Below, one piece after another: positions 63,416 to 64,000 of a DNA stretch of 64,000 nt. Made by a program: the position numbers and the translations under genes. This stretch comes from the human T2T-CHM13v2.0 reference genome, Homo sapiens: assembly GCF_009914755.1 (NCBI RefSeq), contig NC_060928.1, one strand, 5' to 3'. Positions within the stretch are counted from its first letter, which is position 1; each line of letters starts with the position of its first letter. The notes beneath the pieces are model-generated. The model had not been told where the DNA came from. It did not search any database and saw only the letters and a program-made list of their open reading frames with translations.

Positions 63416-64000
63416 AGCATAAGCGGCTGGCAGAGGCAAGGAAAGACCAGCAGAGAGACAGAGAGGAAAGACACAGAGAGGAAAAGAGGCAAAGACAGAG
63501 AGGAAGAGACAGAGACAAAGAGGGAGTCAAGGAGAGAGAGAGAAAGAGAGAGGCAGAGAGAGGGGAAGAAACAGACGCAAAAGGAAAGTCAAAGAGAGAG
63601 AGAGAGAGACAGAAAGTCAGAGAAAGAAAGACAGAAAGAGAGAGATATACAAGTAGTTAAGAAAAAAACAGTGTACCCTATTCCTTTAAAAGCCAAGGTA
63701 AATTTAAAACCTATAATTGATAATTAAGGGTATTCTCCGTAACCCTATAACACTCCAATACCACATTGTTGTCAGTGTAAACAAGGGCGTATCCCGAAAG
63801 CACTGAGGCCACTAATAACGCATAGCCTTCCTATCAAAAATCCTTAATCCAGTGACCCACGGATGGCCCAAATGCATTCAATCTGTAGCAGCAACTGCTT
63901 TGCTAACAGAAGAAAGTAGAAAAATAACTTTTAGAGGAAACCTCATTGTGAGCACACCTCAACAGTTCAGAAGTATCCTTAAAAAAAAAAAAAAAAAAAC

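Larger units (their letters stand above)
62550..64000 (+). mobile_element. HERV-E-derived / Harlequin-like internal region, continuing beyond the window
   Basis: Leader with splice donor TTG|gtaaga at 62835, a gag remnant, then an AG-rich tract (63440-63645). Confidence 0.75.

Noticed and set aside
63301-63660. ORF with a long E/R/K-rich coiled-coil-like tail
   Set aside because: It is a gag remnant running into an AG simple repeat that lacks stop codons by composition.

Overview
This is primate, almost certainly human, genomic DNA (Alu-, L1- and ERV-rich), so nearly all ORFs in the supplied track are spurious repeat translations. The first ~14 kb hold the last five coding exons of LARP1B on the + strand (DM15 cap/TOP-binding region and C-terminal tail), followed by an AU-rich 3'UTR. 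Next is a full-length young L1 (15882-21925) in the same orientation, with intact ORF1 and ORF0 but a triply disabled ORF2. Beyond it lie two candidate alternative LARP1B 3' exons. The remainder is intergenic: nested old repeats, a complete two-LTR MER4-family provirus, solo LTRs, and the 5' end of an LTR2/HERV-E (Harlequin-like) element. I found no evidence of a wholly new gene system. The best leads are candidate unproductive (NMD) splicing of LARP1B, an unexplained ~115-bp twin intronic element, the L1's transitional subfamily state with pristine ORF1/ORF0, a locally templated insertion, and an LTR enhancer duplication. All alignments, counts and subfamily calls were made by eye against remembered consensus sequences, and boundaries of old repeats are approximate.
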